Below are positions 27,101-42,400 of a stretch of DNA of 64,000 nt, piece after piece. Source of the stretch: Auanema rhodensis. Lineage: Eukaryota > Animalia > Nematoda. How positions within the stretch are numbered: position 1 is the stretch's first letter; each line of letters begins with the position of its first letter. The stretch covers positions 20,150,001 through 20,214,000 of the forward strand of contig OZ059900.1 of assembly GCA_964057225.1 (NCBI GenBank), read 5' to 3'. The translations under genes were made by a program, and so were the position numbers. The notes under the pieces were generated by a model. The model was not told the DNA's origin. It did not search any database and saw only the letters and a list, made by a program, of their open reading frames with translations.

Positions 27101-30100
27101 TTACATACTAAAATGAAACATTTTACATGCTGAACACTAGAAAAATACAAAAACACAGTATTTCCCATGAGAAATATTTTATTATGCTGGAAAACCAGTT
27201 TTTGGAAATTTCGCTGTAAACAAGGTTTTGACTTACGATTTCATGTGTTCAAACTCATGCAATGTCAATGAAACCTAGCTCAAAATTGTTCGTACAACGT
27301 CTAGTTCCACTTTCACGACAAAAAAACAGGGGGTAGAAAATTAGGGAAATTAGCATATTCTGAGGGCACGCCCCTTATGGCTAATATTGATTTAATCGAT
27401 TTTTGTTCATATGAGTCGTCAAATGCAACGAATTTCAGCGTGTTACATACTAAAATGAAGCATTTCACATGCTGAACACTAGAAAAATACAAAAACACAG
27501 TATTTCCCATGAGAAATATTTTATTATGCTGGAAAACCAGTTTTTGGAAATTTCGCTGTAAACAAGGTTTTGACTTACGATTTCATGTGTTCAAACTCAT
27601 GCAATGTCAATGAAACCTAGCTCAAAATTGTTCGTACAACGTCTAGTTCCACTTTCACGACAAAAAAACAGGGGTTAGAAAATTAAGGAAATTATCATAT
27701 TCTGAGGGCACGCCCCTTATGGCTAATATTGATTAAATCGATTTTTGTTCATATGAGTCGTCAAATGCAACGAATTTCAGCGTGTTACATACTAAAATGA
27801 AGCATTTTACATGCTGAACACTAGAAAAATACAAAAACACAGTATTTCCCATGAGAAATATTTAGTTATGCTGGAAAACCAGTTTTTGGAAATTTCGCTG
27901 TAAACAAGGTTTTGACTTACGATTTCATGTGTTCAAACTCATGCAATGTCAATGAAACCTAGCTCAAAATTGTTCGTACAACGTCTAGTTCCACTTTCAC
28001 GACAAAAAAACAGGGGGTAGAAAATTAGGGAAATTAGCATATTCTGAGGGCACGCCCCTTATGGCTAATATTGATTAAATCGATTTTTGTTCATATGAGT
28101 CGTCAAATGCAACGAATTTCAGCGTGTTACATACTAAAATGAAGCATTTTACATGCTGAACACTAGAAAAATACAAAAACACAGTATTTCCCATGAGAAA
28201 TATTTTATTATGCTGGAAAACCAGTTTTTGGAAATTTCGCTGTAAACAAGGTTTTGACTTACGATTTCATGTGTTCAAACTCATGCAATGTCAATGAAAC
28301 CTAGCTCAAAATTGTTCGTACAACGTCTAGTTCCACTTTCATGACAAAAAAACATGGGTTAGAAAATTAAGGAAATTAGCATATTCTGAGGGCACGCCCC
28401 TTATGGCTAATATTGATTAAAACGATTTTTGTTCATATGAGTCGTCAAATGCAACGAATTTCAGCGTGTTACATACTAAAATGAAGCATTTTACATGCTG
28501 AACACTAGAAAAATACAAAAACACAGTATTTCCCATGAGAAATATTTTATTATGCTGGAAAACCAGTTTTTGGAAATTTCGCTGTAAACAAGGTTTTGAC
28601 TTACGATTTCATGTGTTCAAACTCATGCAATGTCAATGAAACCTAGCTCAAAATTGTTCGTACAACGTCTAGTTCCACTTTCACGACAAAAAAACAGGGG
28701 TTAGAAAATTAAGGAAATTAGCATATTCTGAGGGCACGCCCCTTATGGCTAATATTGATTAAATCGATTTTTGTTCATATGAGTCGTCAAATGCAACGAA
28801 TTTCAGCGTGTTACATACTAAAATGAAGCATTTTACATGCTGAACACTAGAAAAATACAAAAACACAGTATTTCCCATGAGAAATATTTTATTATGCTGG
28901 AAAACCAGTTTTTGGAAATTTCGCTGTAAACAAGGTTTTGACTTACGATTTCATGTGTTCAAACTCATGCAATGTCAATGAAACCTAGCTCAAAATTGTT
29001 CGTACAACGTCTAGTTCCACTTTCACGACAAAAAAACAGGGGGTAGAAAATTAGGGAAATTAGCATATTCTGAGGGCACGCCCCTTATGGCTAATATTGA
29101 TTAAATCGATTTTTGTTCATATGAGTCGTCAAATGCAACGAATTTCAGCGTGTTACATACTAAAATGAAACATTTTACATGCTGAACACTAGAAAAATAC
29201 AAAAACACAGTATTTCCCATGAGAAATATTTTATTATGCTGGAAAACCAGTTTTTGGAAATTTCGCTGTAAACAAGGTTTTGACTTACGATTTCATGTGT
29301 TCAAACTCATGCAATGTCAATGAAACCTAGCTCAAAATTGTTCGTACAACGTCTAGTTCCACTTTCATGACAAAAAAACATGGGTTAGAAAGATAAGGAA
29401 ATTAGCATATTCTGAGGGCACGCCCCTTATGGCTAATATTGATTAAAACGATTTTTGTTCATATGAGTCGTCAAATGCAACGAATTTCAGCGTGTTACAT
29501 ACTAAAATGAAGCATTTTACATGCTGAACACTAGAAAAATACAAAAACACAGTATTTCCCATGAGAAATATTTTATTATGCTGGAAAACCAGTTTTTGGA
29601 AATTTCGCTGTAAACAAGGTTTTGACTTACGATTTCATGTGTTCAAACTCATGCAATGTCAATGAAACCTAGCTCAAAATTGTTCGTACAACGTCTAGTT
29701 CCACTTTCACGACAAAAAAACAGGGGTTAGAAAATTAAGGAAATTAGCATATTCTGAGGGCACGCCCCTTATGGCTAATATTGATTAAATCGATTTTTGT
29801 TCATATGAGTCGTCAAATGCAACGAATTTCAGCGTGTTACATACTAAAATGAAGCATTTTACATGCTGAACACTAGAAAAATACAAAAACACAGTATTTC
29901 CCATGAGAAATATTTTATTATGCTGGAAAACCAGTTTTTGGAAATTTCGCTGTAAACAAGGTTTTGACTTACGATTTCATGTGTTCAAACTCATGCAATG
30001 TCAATGAAACCTAGCTTAAAATTGTTCGTACAACGTCTAGTTCCACTTTCACGACAAAAAAACAGGGGTTAGAAAATTAAGCAAATTAGCATATTCTGAG

Positions 30101-33100
30101 GGCACGCCCCTTATGGCTAATATTGATTAAATCGATTTTTGTTCATATGAGTCGTCAAATGCAACGAATTTCAGCGTGTTACATACTAAAATGAAGCATT
30201 TTACATGCTGAACACTAGAAAAATACAAAAACACAGTATTTCCCATGAGAAATATTTTATTATGCTGGAAAACCAGTTTTTGGAAATTTCGCTGTAAACA
30301 AGGTTTTGACTTACGATTTCATGTGTTCAAACTCATGCAATGTCAATGAAACCTAGCTCAAAATTGTTCGTACAACGTCTAGTTCCACTTTCACGACAAA
30401 AAAACAGGGGTTAGAAAATTAAGGAAATTAGCATATTCTGAGGGCACGCCCCTTATGGCTAATATTGATTAAATCGATTTTTGTTCATATGAGTCGTCAA
30501 ATGCAACGAATTTCAGCGTGTTACATACTAAAATGAAGCATTTTACATGCTGAACACTAGAAAAATACAAAAACACAGTATTTCCCATGAGAAATATTTT
30601 ATTATGCTGGAAAACCAGTTTTTGGAAATTTCGCTGTAAACAAGGTTTTGACTTACGATTTCATGTGTTCAAACTCATGCAATGTCAATGAAACCTAGCT
30701 CAAAATTGTTCGTACAACGTCTAGTTCCACTTTCACGACAAAAAAACAGGGGTTAGAAAATTAAGGAAATTAGCATATTCTGAGGGCACGCCCCTTATGG
30801 CTAATATTGATTAAATCGATTTTTGTTCATATGAGTCGTCAAATGCAACGAATTTCAGCGTGTTACATACTAAAATGAAGCATTTTACATGCTGAACACT
30901 AGAAAAATACAAAAACACAGTATTTCCCATGAGAAATATTTTATTATGCTGGAAAACCAGTTTTTGGAAATTTCGCTGTAAACAAGGTTTTGACTTACGA
31001 TTTCATGTGTTCAAACTCATGCAATGTCAATGAAACCTAGCTCAAAATTGTTCGTACAACGTCTAGTTCCACTTTCACGACAAAAAAACAGGGGTTAGAA
31101 AATTAAGGAAATTAGCATATTCTGAGGGCACGCCCCTTATGGCTAATATTGATTAAATCGATTTTTGTTCATATGAGTCGTCAAATGCAACGAATTTCAG
31201 CGTGTTACATACTAAAATGAAGCATTTTACATGCTGAACACTAGAAAAATACAAAAACACAGTATTTCCCATGAGAAATATTTTATTATGCTGGAAAACC
31301 AGTTTTTGGAAATTTCGCTGTAAACAAGGTTTTGACTTACGATTTCATGTGTTCAAACTCATGCAATGTCAATGAAACCTAGCTCAAAATTGTTCGTACA
31401 ACGTCTAGTTCCACTTTCACGACAAAAAAACAGGGGTTAGAAAATTAAGGAAAATAGCATATTCTGAGGGCACGCCCCTTATGGCTAATATTGATTAAAT
31501 CGATTTTTGTTCATATGAGTCGTCAAATGCAACGAATTTCAGCGTGTTACATACTAAAATGAAGCATTTTACATGCTGAACACTAGAAAAATACAAAAAC
31601 ACAGTATTTCCCATGAGAAATATTTTATTATGCTGGAAAACCAGTTTTTGGAAATTTCGCTGTAAACAAGGTTTTGACTTACGATTTCATGTGTTCAAAC
31701 TCATGCAATGTCAATGAAACCTAGCTCAAAATTGTTCGTACAACGTCTAGTTCCACTTTCACGACAAAAAAACAGGGGTTAGAAAATTAGGGAAATTAGC
31801 ATATTCTGAGGGCACGCCCCTTATGGCTAATATTGATTAAATCGATTTTTGTTCATATGAGTCGTCAAATGCAACGAATTTCAGCGTGTTACATACTAAA
31901 ATGAAGCATTTTACATGCTGAACACTAGAAAAATACAAAAACACAGTATTTCCCATGAGAAATATTTTATTATGCTGGAAAACCAGTTTTTGGAAATTTC
32001 GCTGTAAACAAGGTTTTGACTTACGATTTCATGTGTTCAAACTCATGCAATGTCAATGAAACCTAGCTCAAAATTGTTCGTACAACGTCTAGTTCCACTT
32101 TCACGACAAAAAAACAGGGGTTAGAAAATTACGGAAATTAGCATATTCTGAGGGCACGCCCCTTATGGCTAATATTGATTAAATCAATTTTTGTTCATAT
32201 GAGTCGTCAAATGCAACGAATTTCAGCGTGTTACATACTAAAATGAAGCATTTTACATGCTGAACACTAGAAAAATACAAAAACACAGTATTTCCCATGA
32301 GAAATATTTTATTATGCTGGAAAACCAGTTTTTGGAAATTTCGCTGTAAACAAGGTTTTGACTTACGATTTCATGTGTTCAAACTCATGCAATGTCAATG
32401 AAACCTAGCTCAAAATTGTTCGTACAACGTCTAGTTCCACTTTCACGACAAAAAAACAGGGGTTAGAAAATTAAGGAAATTAGCATATTCTGAGGGCACG
32501 CCCCTTATGGCTAATATTGATTAAATCGATTTTTGTTCATATGAGTCGTCAAATGCAACGAATTTCAGCGTGTTACATACTAAAATGAAGCATTTTACAT
32601 GCTGAACACTAGAAAAATACAAAAACACAGTATTTCCCATGAGAAATATTTTATTATGCTGGAAAACCAGTTTTTGGAAATTTCGCTGTAAACAAGGTTT
32701 TGACTTACGATTTCATGTGTTCAAACTCATGCAATGTCAATGAAACTTAGCTCAAAATTGTTCGTACAACGTCTAGTTCCACTTTCACGACAAAAAAACA
32801 GGGGTTAGAAAATTAAGGAAATTAGCATACTCTGAGGGCACGCCCCTTATGGCTAATATTGATTAAATCGATTTTTGTTCATATGAGTCGTCAAATGCAA
32901 CGAATTTCAGCGTGTTACATACTAAAATGAAGCATTTCACATGCTGAACACTGGAAAAATACAAAAACACAGTATTTCCCATGAGAAATATTTTATTATG
33001 CTGGAAAACCAGTTTTTGGAAATTTCGCTGTAAACAAGGTTTTGACTTACGATTTCATGTGTTCAAACTCATGCAATGTCAATGAAACCTAGCTCAAAAT

Positions 33101-33716
33101 TGTTCGTACAACGTCTAGTTCCACTTTCACGACAAAAAAACAGGGGTTAGAAAATTAAGGAAAATAGCATATTCTGAGGGCACGCCCCTTATGGCTAATA
33201 TTGATTAAATCGATTTTTGTTCATATGAGTCGTCAAATGCAACGAATTTCAGCGTGTTACATACTAAAATGAAGCATTTTACATGCTGAACACTAGAAAA
33301 ATACAAAAACACAGTATTTCCCATGAGAAATATTTTATTATGCTGGAAAACCAGTTTTTGGAAATTTCGCTGTAAACAAGGTTTTGACTTACGATTTCAT
33401 GTGTTCAAACTCATGCAATGTCAATGAAACCTAGCTCAAAATTGTTCGTACAACGTCTAGTTCCACTTTCACGACAAAAAAACAGGGGTTAGAAAATTAG
33501 GGAAATTAGCATATTCTGAGGGCACGCCCCTTATGGCTAATATTGATTAAATCGATTTTTGTTCATATGAGTCGTAAAATGCAACGAATTTCAGCGTGTT
33601 ACATACTAAAATGAAGCATTTTACATGCTGAACACTAGAAAAATACAAAAACACAGTATTTCCCATGAGAAATATTTTATTATGCTGGAAAACCAGTTTT
33701 TGGAAATTTCGCTGTA

Positions 33717-36450
33717 AACAAGGTTTTGACTTACGATTTCATGTGTTCAAACTCATGCAATGTCAATGAAACCTAGCTCAAAATTGTTCGTACAACGTCT
33801 AGTTCCACTTTCACGACAAAAAAACAGGGGTTAGAAAATTAAGGAAATTAGCATATTCTGAGGGCACGCCCCTTATGGCTAATATTGATTAAATCGATTT
33901 TTGTTCATATGAGTCGTAAAATGCAACGAATTTCAGCGTGTTACATACTAAAATGAAGCATTTTACATGCTGAACACTAGAAAAATACAAAAACACAGTA
34001 TTTCCCATGAGAAATATTTTATTATGCTGGAAAACCAGTTTTTGGAAATTTCGCTGTAAACAAGGTTTTGACTTACGATTTCATGTGTTCAAACTCATGC
34101 AATGTCAATGAAACCTAGCTCAAAATTGTTCGTACAACGTCTAGTTCCACTTTCACGACAAAAAAACAGGGGTTAGAAAATTAGGGAAATTAGCATATTC
34201 TGAGGGCACGCCCCTTATGGCTAATATTGATTAAATCCATTTTTGTTCATATGAGTCGTCAAATGCAACGAATTTCAGCGTGTTACATACTAAAATGAAG
34301 CATTTTACAAGCTGAACACTAGAAAAATACAAAACACAGTATTTCCCATGAGAAATATTTTATTATGCTGGAAAACCAGTTTTTGGAAATTTCGCTGTAA
34401 ACAAGGTTTTGACTTACGATTTCATGTGTTCAAACTCATGCAATGTCAATGAAACCTAGCTCAAAATTGTTCGTACAACGTCTAGTTCCACTTTCACGAC
34501 AAAAAAACAGGGGTTAGAAAATTAAGGAAATTAGCATATTCTGAGGGCACGCCCCTTATGGCTAATATTGATTAAATCGATTTTTGTTCATATGAGTCGT
34601 AAAATGCAACGAATTTCAGCGTGTTACATACTAAAATGAAGCATTTTACATGCTGAACACTAGAAAAACACAAAAACACAGTATTTCCCATGAGAAATAT
34701 TTTATTATGCTGGAAAACCAGTTTTTGGAAATTTCGCTGTAAACAAGGTTTTGACTTACGATTTCATGTGTTCAAACTCATGCAATGTCAATGAAACCTA
34801 GCTCAAAATTGTTCGTACAACGTCTAGTTCCACTTTCACGACAAAAAAACAGGGGTTAGAAAATTAAGGAAAATAGCATATTCTGAGGGCACGCCCCTTA
34901 TGGCTAATATTGATTAAATCGATTTTTGTTCATATGAGTCGTCAAATGCAACGAATTTCAGCGTGTTACATACTAAAATGAAGCATTTTACATGCTGAAC
35001 ACTAGAAAAATACAAAAACACAGTATTTCCCATGAGAAATATTTTATTATGCTGGAAAACCAGTTTTTGGAAATTTCGCTGTAAACAAGGTTTTGACTTA
35101 CGATTTCATGTGTTCAAACTCATGCAATGTCAATGAAACCTAGCTCAAAAATGTTCGTACAACGTCTAGTTCCACTTTCACGACAAAAAAACAGGGGTTA
35201 GAAAATTAAGGAAATTAGCATATTCTGAGGGCACGCCCCTTATGGCTAATATTGATTAAATCGATTTTTGTTCATATGAGTCGTAAAATGCAACGAATTT
35301 CAGCGTGTTACATACTAAAATGAAGCATTTTACATGCTGAACACTAGAAAAATACAAAAACACAGTATTTCCCATGAGAAATATTTTATTATGCTGGAAA
35401 ACCAGTTTTTGGAAATTTCGCTGTAAACAAGGTTTTGACTTACGATTTCATGTGTTCAAACTCATGCAATGTCAATGAAACCTAGCTCAAAATTGTTCGT
35501 ACAACGTCTAGTTCCACTTTCACGACAAAAAAACAGGGGTTAGAAAATTAGGGAAATTAGCATATTCTGAGGGCACGCCCCTTATGGCTAATATTGATTA
35601 AATCCATTTTTGTTCATATGAGTCGTCAAATGCAACGAATTTCAGCGTGTTACATACTAAAATGAAGCATTTTACAAGCTGAACACTAGAAAAATACAAA
35701 ACACAGTATTTCCCATGAGAAATATTTTATTATGCTGGAAAACCAGTTTTTGGAAATTTCGCTGTAAACAAGGTTTTGACTTACGATTTCATGTGTTCAA
35801 ACTCATGCAATGTCAATGAAACCTAGCTCAAAATTGTTCGTACAACGTCTAGTTCCACTTTCACGACAAAAAAACAGGGGTTAGAAAATTAAGGAAATTA
35901 GCATATTCTGAGGGCACGCCCCTTATGGCTAATATTGATTAAATCGATTTTTGTTCATATGAGTCGTAAAATGCAACGAATTTCAGCGTGTTACATACTA
36001 AAATGAAGCATTTTACATGCTGAACACTAGAAAAACACAAAAACACAGTATTTCCCATGAGAAATATTTTATTATGCTGGAAAACCAGTTTTTGGAAATT
36101 TCGCTGTAAACAAGGTTTTGACTTACGATTTCATGTGTTCAAACTCATGCAATGTCAATGAAACCTAGCTCAAAATTGTTCGTACAACGTCTAGTTCCAC
36201 TTTCACGACAAAAAAACAGGGGTTAGAAAATTAAGGAAAATAGCATATTCTGAGGGCACGCCCCTTATGGCTAATATTGATTAAATCGATTTTTGTTCAT
36301 ATGAGTCGTCAAATGCAACGAATTTCAGCGTGTTACATACTAAAATGAAGCATTTTACATGCTGAACACTAGAAAAATACAAAAACACAGTATTTCCCAT
36401 GAGAAATATTTTATTATGCTGGAAAACCAGTTTTTGGAAATTTCGCTGTA
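33717..36450 (+). repeat. Higher-order repeat: 4-monomer tandem duplication (1,367 bp)
   Basis: The order GTAAAAT, 341-bp type, GTAAAAT+GAAAAACAC, GGAAAATAGC at 33717-35083 is repeated at 35084-36450. Confidence 0.85.
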
Positions 36451-39400
36451 AACAAGGTTTTGACTTACGATTTCATGTGTTCAAACTCATGCAATGTCAA
36501 TGAAACCTAGCTCAAAATTGTTCGTACAACGTCTAGTTCCACTTTCACGACAAAAAAACAGGGGTTAGAAAATTAGGGAAATTAGCATATTCTGAGGGCA
36601 CGCCCCTTATGGCTAATATTGATTAAATCCATTTTTGTTCATATGAGTCGTCAAATGCAACGAATTTCAGCGTGTTACATACTAAAATGAAGCATTTTAC
36701 AAGCTGAACACTAGAAAAATACAAAACACAGTATTTCCCATGAGAAATATTTTATTATGCTGGAAAACCAGTTTTTGGAAATTTCGCTGTAAACAAGGTT
36801 TTGACTTACGATTTCATGTGTTCAAACTCATGCAATGTCAATGAAACCTAGCTCAAAATTGTTCGTACAACGTCTAGTTCCACTTTCACGACAAAAAAAC
36901 AGGGGTTAGAAAATTAAGGAAATTAGCATATTCTGAGGGCACGCCCCTTATGGCTAATATTGATTAAATCGATTTTTGTTCATATGAGTCGTCAAAGGGG
37001 ACGAATTTCAGCGTGTTACATACTAAAAAGAAGCATTTTACATGCTGAGCACTAGAAAAATACAAAAACACAGTATTTCCCATGAGAAATATTTTATTAT
37101 GCTGGAAAACCAGTTTTTGGAAATTTCGCTGTAAACAAGGTTTTGACTTACGATTTCATGTGTTCAAACTCATGCAATGTCAATGAAGCTTAGCTCAAAA
37201 TTGTTCGTACAACGTCTAGTTCCACTTTCACGACAAAAAAACAGGGGTTAGAAAATTAAGGAAATTAGCATATTCTGAGGGCACGCCCCTTATGGCTAAT
37301 ATTGATTAAATCGATTTTTGTTCATATGAGTCGTCAAATGCAACAAATTTCAGCGTGTTACATACTAAAATGAAGCATTTTACATGCTGAACACTAGAAA
37401 AATACAAAAACACAGTATTTCCCATGAGAAATATTTTATTATGCTGGAAAACCAGTTTTTGGAAATTTCGCTGTAAACAAGGTTTTGACTTACGATTTCA
37501 TGTGTTCAAACTCATGCAATGTCAATGAAACTTAGCTCAAAATTGTTCGTACAACGTCTAGTTCCACTTTCACGACAAAAAAACAGGGGTTAGAAAATTA
37601 AGGAAATTAGCATACTCTGAGGGCACGCCCCTTATGGCTAATATTGATTAAATCGATTTTTGTTCATATGAGTCGTCAAATGCAACGAATTTCAGCGTGT
37701 TACATACTAAAATGAAGCATTTTACATGCTGAACACTAGAAAAATACAAAAACACAGTATTTCCCATGAGAAATATTTTATTATGCTGGAAAACCAGTTT
37801 TTGGAAATTTCGCTGTAAACAAGGTTTTGACTTACGATTTCATGTGTTCAAACTCATGCAATGTCAATGAAACCTAGCTCAAAATTGTTCGTACAACGTC
37901 TAGTTCCACTTTCACGACAAAAAAACAGGGGTTAGAAAATTAGGGAAATTAGCATATTCTGAGGGCACGCCCCTTATGGCTAATATTGATTAAATCCATT
38001 TTTGTTCATATGAGTCGTCAAATGCAACGAATTTCAGCGTGTTACATACTAAAATGAAGCATTTTACAAGCTGAACACTAGAAAAATACAAAACACAGTA
38101 TTTCCCATGAGAAATATTTTATTATGCTGGAAAACCAGTTTTTGGAAATTTCGCTGTAAACAAGGTTTTGACTTACGATTTCATGTGTTCAAACTCATGC
38201 AATGTCAATGAAACCTAGCTCAAAATTGTTCGTACAACGTCTAGTTCCACTTTCACGACAAAAAAACAGGGGTTAGAAAATTAAGGAAATTAGCATATTC
38301 TGAGGGCACGCCCCTTATGGCTAATATTGATTAAATCGATTTTTGTTCATATGAGTCGTCAAAGGCGACGAATTTCAGCGTGTTACATACTAAAAAGAAG
38401 CATTTTACATGCTGAACACTAGAAAAATACAAAAACACAGTATTTCCCATGAGAAATATTTTATTATGCTGGAAAACCAGTTTTTGGAAATTTCGCTGTA
38501 AACAAGGTTTTGACTTACGATTTCATGTGTTCAAACTCATGCAATGTCAATGAAACCTAGCTCAAAATTGTTCGTACAACGTCTAGTTCCACTTTCACGA
38601 CAAAAAAACAGGGGTTAGAAAATTAGGGAAATTAGCATATTCTGAGGGCACGCCCCTTATGGCTAATATTGATTAAATCCATTTTTGTTCATATGAGTCG
38701 TCAAATGCAACGAATTTCAGCGTGTTACATACTAAAATGAAGCATTTTACAAGCTGAACACTAGAAAAATACAAAACACAGTATTTCCCATGAGAAATAT
38801 TTTATTATGCTGGAAAACCAGTTTTTGGAAATTTCGCTGTAAACAAGGTTTTGACTTACGATTTCATGTGTTCAAACTCATGCAATGTCAATGAAACCTA
38901 GCTCAAAATTGTTCGTACAACGTCTAGTTCCACTTTCACGACAAAAAAACAGGGGTTAGAAAATTAAGGAAATTAGCATATTCTGAGGGCACGCCCCTTA
39001 TGGCTAATATTGATTAAATCGATTTTTGTTCATATGAGTCGTCAAATGCAACGAATTTCAGCGTGTTACATACTAAAATGAAGCATTTTACATGCTGAAC
39101 ACTAGAAAAATACAAAAACACAGTATTTCCCATGAGAAATATTTTATTATGCTGGAAAACCAGTTTTTGGAAATTTCGCTGTAAACAAGGTTTTGACTTA
39201 CGATTTCATGTGTTCAAACTCATGCAATGTCAATGAAACCTAGCTCAAAATTGTTCGTACAACGTCTAGTTCCACTTTCACGACAAAAAAACAGGGGTTA
39301 GAAAATTAGGGAAATTAGCATATTCTGAGGGCACGCCCCTTATGGCTAATATTGATTAAATCCATTTTTGTTCATATGAGTCGTCAAATGCAACGAATTT

Positions 39401-42400
39401 CAGCGTGTTACATACTAAAATGAAGCATTTTACAAGCTGAACACTAGAAAAATACAAAACACAGTATTTCCCATGAGAAATATTTTATTATGCTGGAAAA
39501 CCAGTTTTTGGAAATTTCGCTGTAAACAAGGTTTTGACTTACGATTTCATGTGTTCAAACTCATGCAATGTCAATGAAACCTAGCTCAAAATTGTTCGTA
39601 CAACGTCTAGTTCCACTTTCACGACAAAAAAACAGGGGTTAGAAAATTAAGGAAAATAGCATATTCTGAGGGCACGCCCCTTATGGCTAATATTGATTAA
39701 ATCGATTTTTGTTCATATGAGTCGTAAAATGCAACGAATTTCAGCGTGTTACATACTAAAATGAAGCATTTTACATGCTGAACACTAGAAAAACACAAAA
39801 ACACAGTATTTCCCATGAGAAATATTTTATTATGCTGGAAAACCAGTTTTTGGAAATTTCGCTGTAAACAAGGTTTTGACTTACGATTTCATGTGTTCAA
39901 ACTCATGCAATGTCAATGAAACCTAGCTCAAAATTGTTCGTACAACGTCTAGTTCCACTTTCACGACAAAAAAACAGGGGTTAGAAAATTAAGGAAAATA
40001 GCATATTCTGAGGGCACGCCCCTTATGGCTAATATTGATTAAATCGATTTTTGTTCATATGAGTCGTCAAATGCAACGAATTTCAGCGTGTTACATACTA
40101 AAATGAAGCATTTTACATGCTGAACACTAGAAAAATACAAAAACACAGTATTTCCCATGAGAAATATTTTATTATGCTGGAAAACCAGTTTTTGGAAATT
40201 TCGCTGTAAACAAGGTTTTGACTTACGATTTCATGTGTTCAAACTCATGCAATGTCAATGAAACCTAGCTCAAAATTGTTCGTACAACGTCTAGTTCCAC
40301 TTTCACGACAAAAAAACAGGGGTTAGAAAATTAGGGAAATTAGCATATTCTGAGGGCACGCCCCTTATGGCTAATATTGATTAAATCCATTTTTGTTCAT
40401 ATGAGTCGTCAAATGCAACGAATTTCAGCGTGTTACATACTAAAATGAAGCATTTTACAAGCTGAACACTAGAAAAATACAAAACACAGTATTTCCCATG
40501 AGAAATATTTTATTATGCTGGAAAACCAGTTTTTGGAAATTTCGCTGTAAACAAGGTTTTGACTTACGATTTCATGTGTTCAAACTCATGCAATGTCAAT
40601 GAAACCTAGCTCAAAATTGTTCGTACAACGTCTAGTTCCACTTTCACGACAAAAAAACAGGGGTTAGAAAATTAAGGAAATTAGCATATTCTGAGGGCAC
40701 GCCCCTTATGGCTAATATTGATTAAATCGATTTTTGTTCATATGAGTCGTCAAAGGGGACGAATTTCAGCGTGTTACATACTAAAAAGAAGCATTTTACA
40801 TGCTGAGCACTAGAAAAATACAAAAACACAGTATTTCCCATGAGAAATATTTTATTATGCTGGAAAACCAGTTTTTGGAAATTTCGCTGTAAACAAGGTT
40901 TTGACTTACGATTTCATGTGTTCAAACTCATGCAATGTCAATGAAGCTTAGCTCAAAATTGTTCGTACAACGTCTAGTTCCACTTTCACGACAAAAAAAC
41001 AGGGGTTAGAAAATTAAGGAAATTAGCATATTCTGAGGGCACGCCCCTTATGGCTAATATTGATTAAATCGATTTTTGTTCATATGAGTCGTCAAATGCA
41101 ACAAATTTCAGCGTGTTACATACTAAAATGAAGCATTTTACATGCTGAACACTAGAAAAATACAAAAACACAGTATTTCCCATGAGAAATATTTTATTAT
41201 GCTGGAAAACCAGTTTTTGGAAATTTCGCTGTAAACAAGGTTTTGACTTACGATTTCATGTGTTCAAACTCATGCAATGTCAATGAAACTTAGCTCAAAA
41301 TTGTTCGTACAACGTCTAGTTCCACTTTCACGACAAAAAAACAGGGGTTAGAAAATTAAGGAAATTAGCATACTCTGAGGGCACGCCCCTTATGGCTAAT
41401 ATTGATTAAATCGATTTTTGTTCATATGAGTCGTCAAATGCAACGAATTTCAGCGTGTTACATACTAAAATGAAGCATTTTACATGCTGAACACTAGAAA
41501 AATACAAAAACACAGTATTTCCCATGAGAAATATTTTATTATGCTGGAAAACCAGTTTTTGGAAATTTCGCTGTAAACAAGGTTTTGACTTACGATTTCA
41601 TGTGTTCAAACTCATGCAATGTCAATGAAACCTAGCTCAAAATTGTTCGTACAACGTCTAGTTCCACTTTCACGACAAAAAAACAGGGGTTAGAAAATTA
41701 GGGAAATTAGCATATTCTGAGGGCACGCCCCTTATGGCTAATATTGATTAAATCCATTTTTGTTCATATGAGTCGTCAAATGCAACGAATTTCAGCGTGT
41801 TACATACTAAAATGAAGCATTTTACAAGCTGAACACTAGAAAAATACAAAACACAGTATTTCCCATGAGAAATATTTTATTATGCTGGAAAACCAGTTTT
41901 TGGAAATTTCGCTGTAAACAAGGTTTTGACTTACGATTTCATGTGTTCAAACTCATGCAATGTCAATGAAACCTAGCTCAAAATTGTTCGTACAACGTCT
42001 AGTTCCACTTTCACGACAAAAAAACAGGGGTTAGAAAATTAAGGAAATTAGCATATTCTGAGGGCACGCCCCTTATGGCTAATATTGATTAAATCGATTT
42101 TTGTTCATATGAGTCGTCAAAGGCGACGAATTTCAGCGTGTTACATACTAAAAAGAAGCATTTTACATGCTGAACACTAGAAAAATACAAAAACACAGTA
42201 TTTCCCATGAGAAATATTTTATTATGCTGGAAAACCAGTTTTTGGAAATTTCGCTGTAAACAAGGTTTTGACTTACGATTTCATGTGTTCAAACTCATGC
42301 AATGTCAATGAAACCTAGCTCAAAATTGTTCGTACAACGTCTAGTTCCACTTTCACGACAAAAAAACAGGGGTTAGAAAATTAGGGAAATTAGCATATTC

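Noticed and set aside
27313-27510. Second 65-aa minus-strand ORF
   Set aside because: Same frame as above, opened by a different single substitution; no independent coding evidence.
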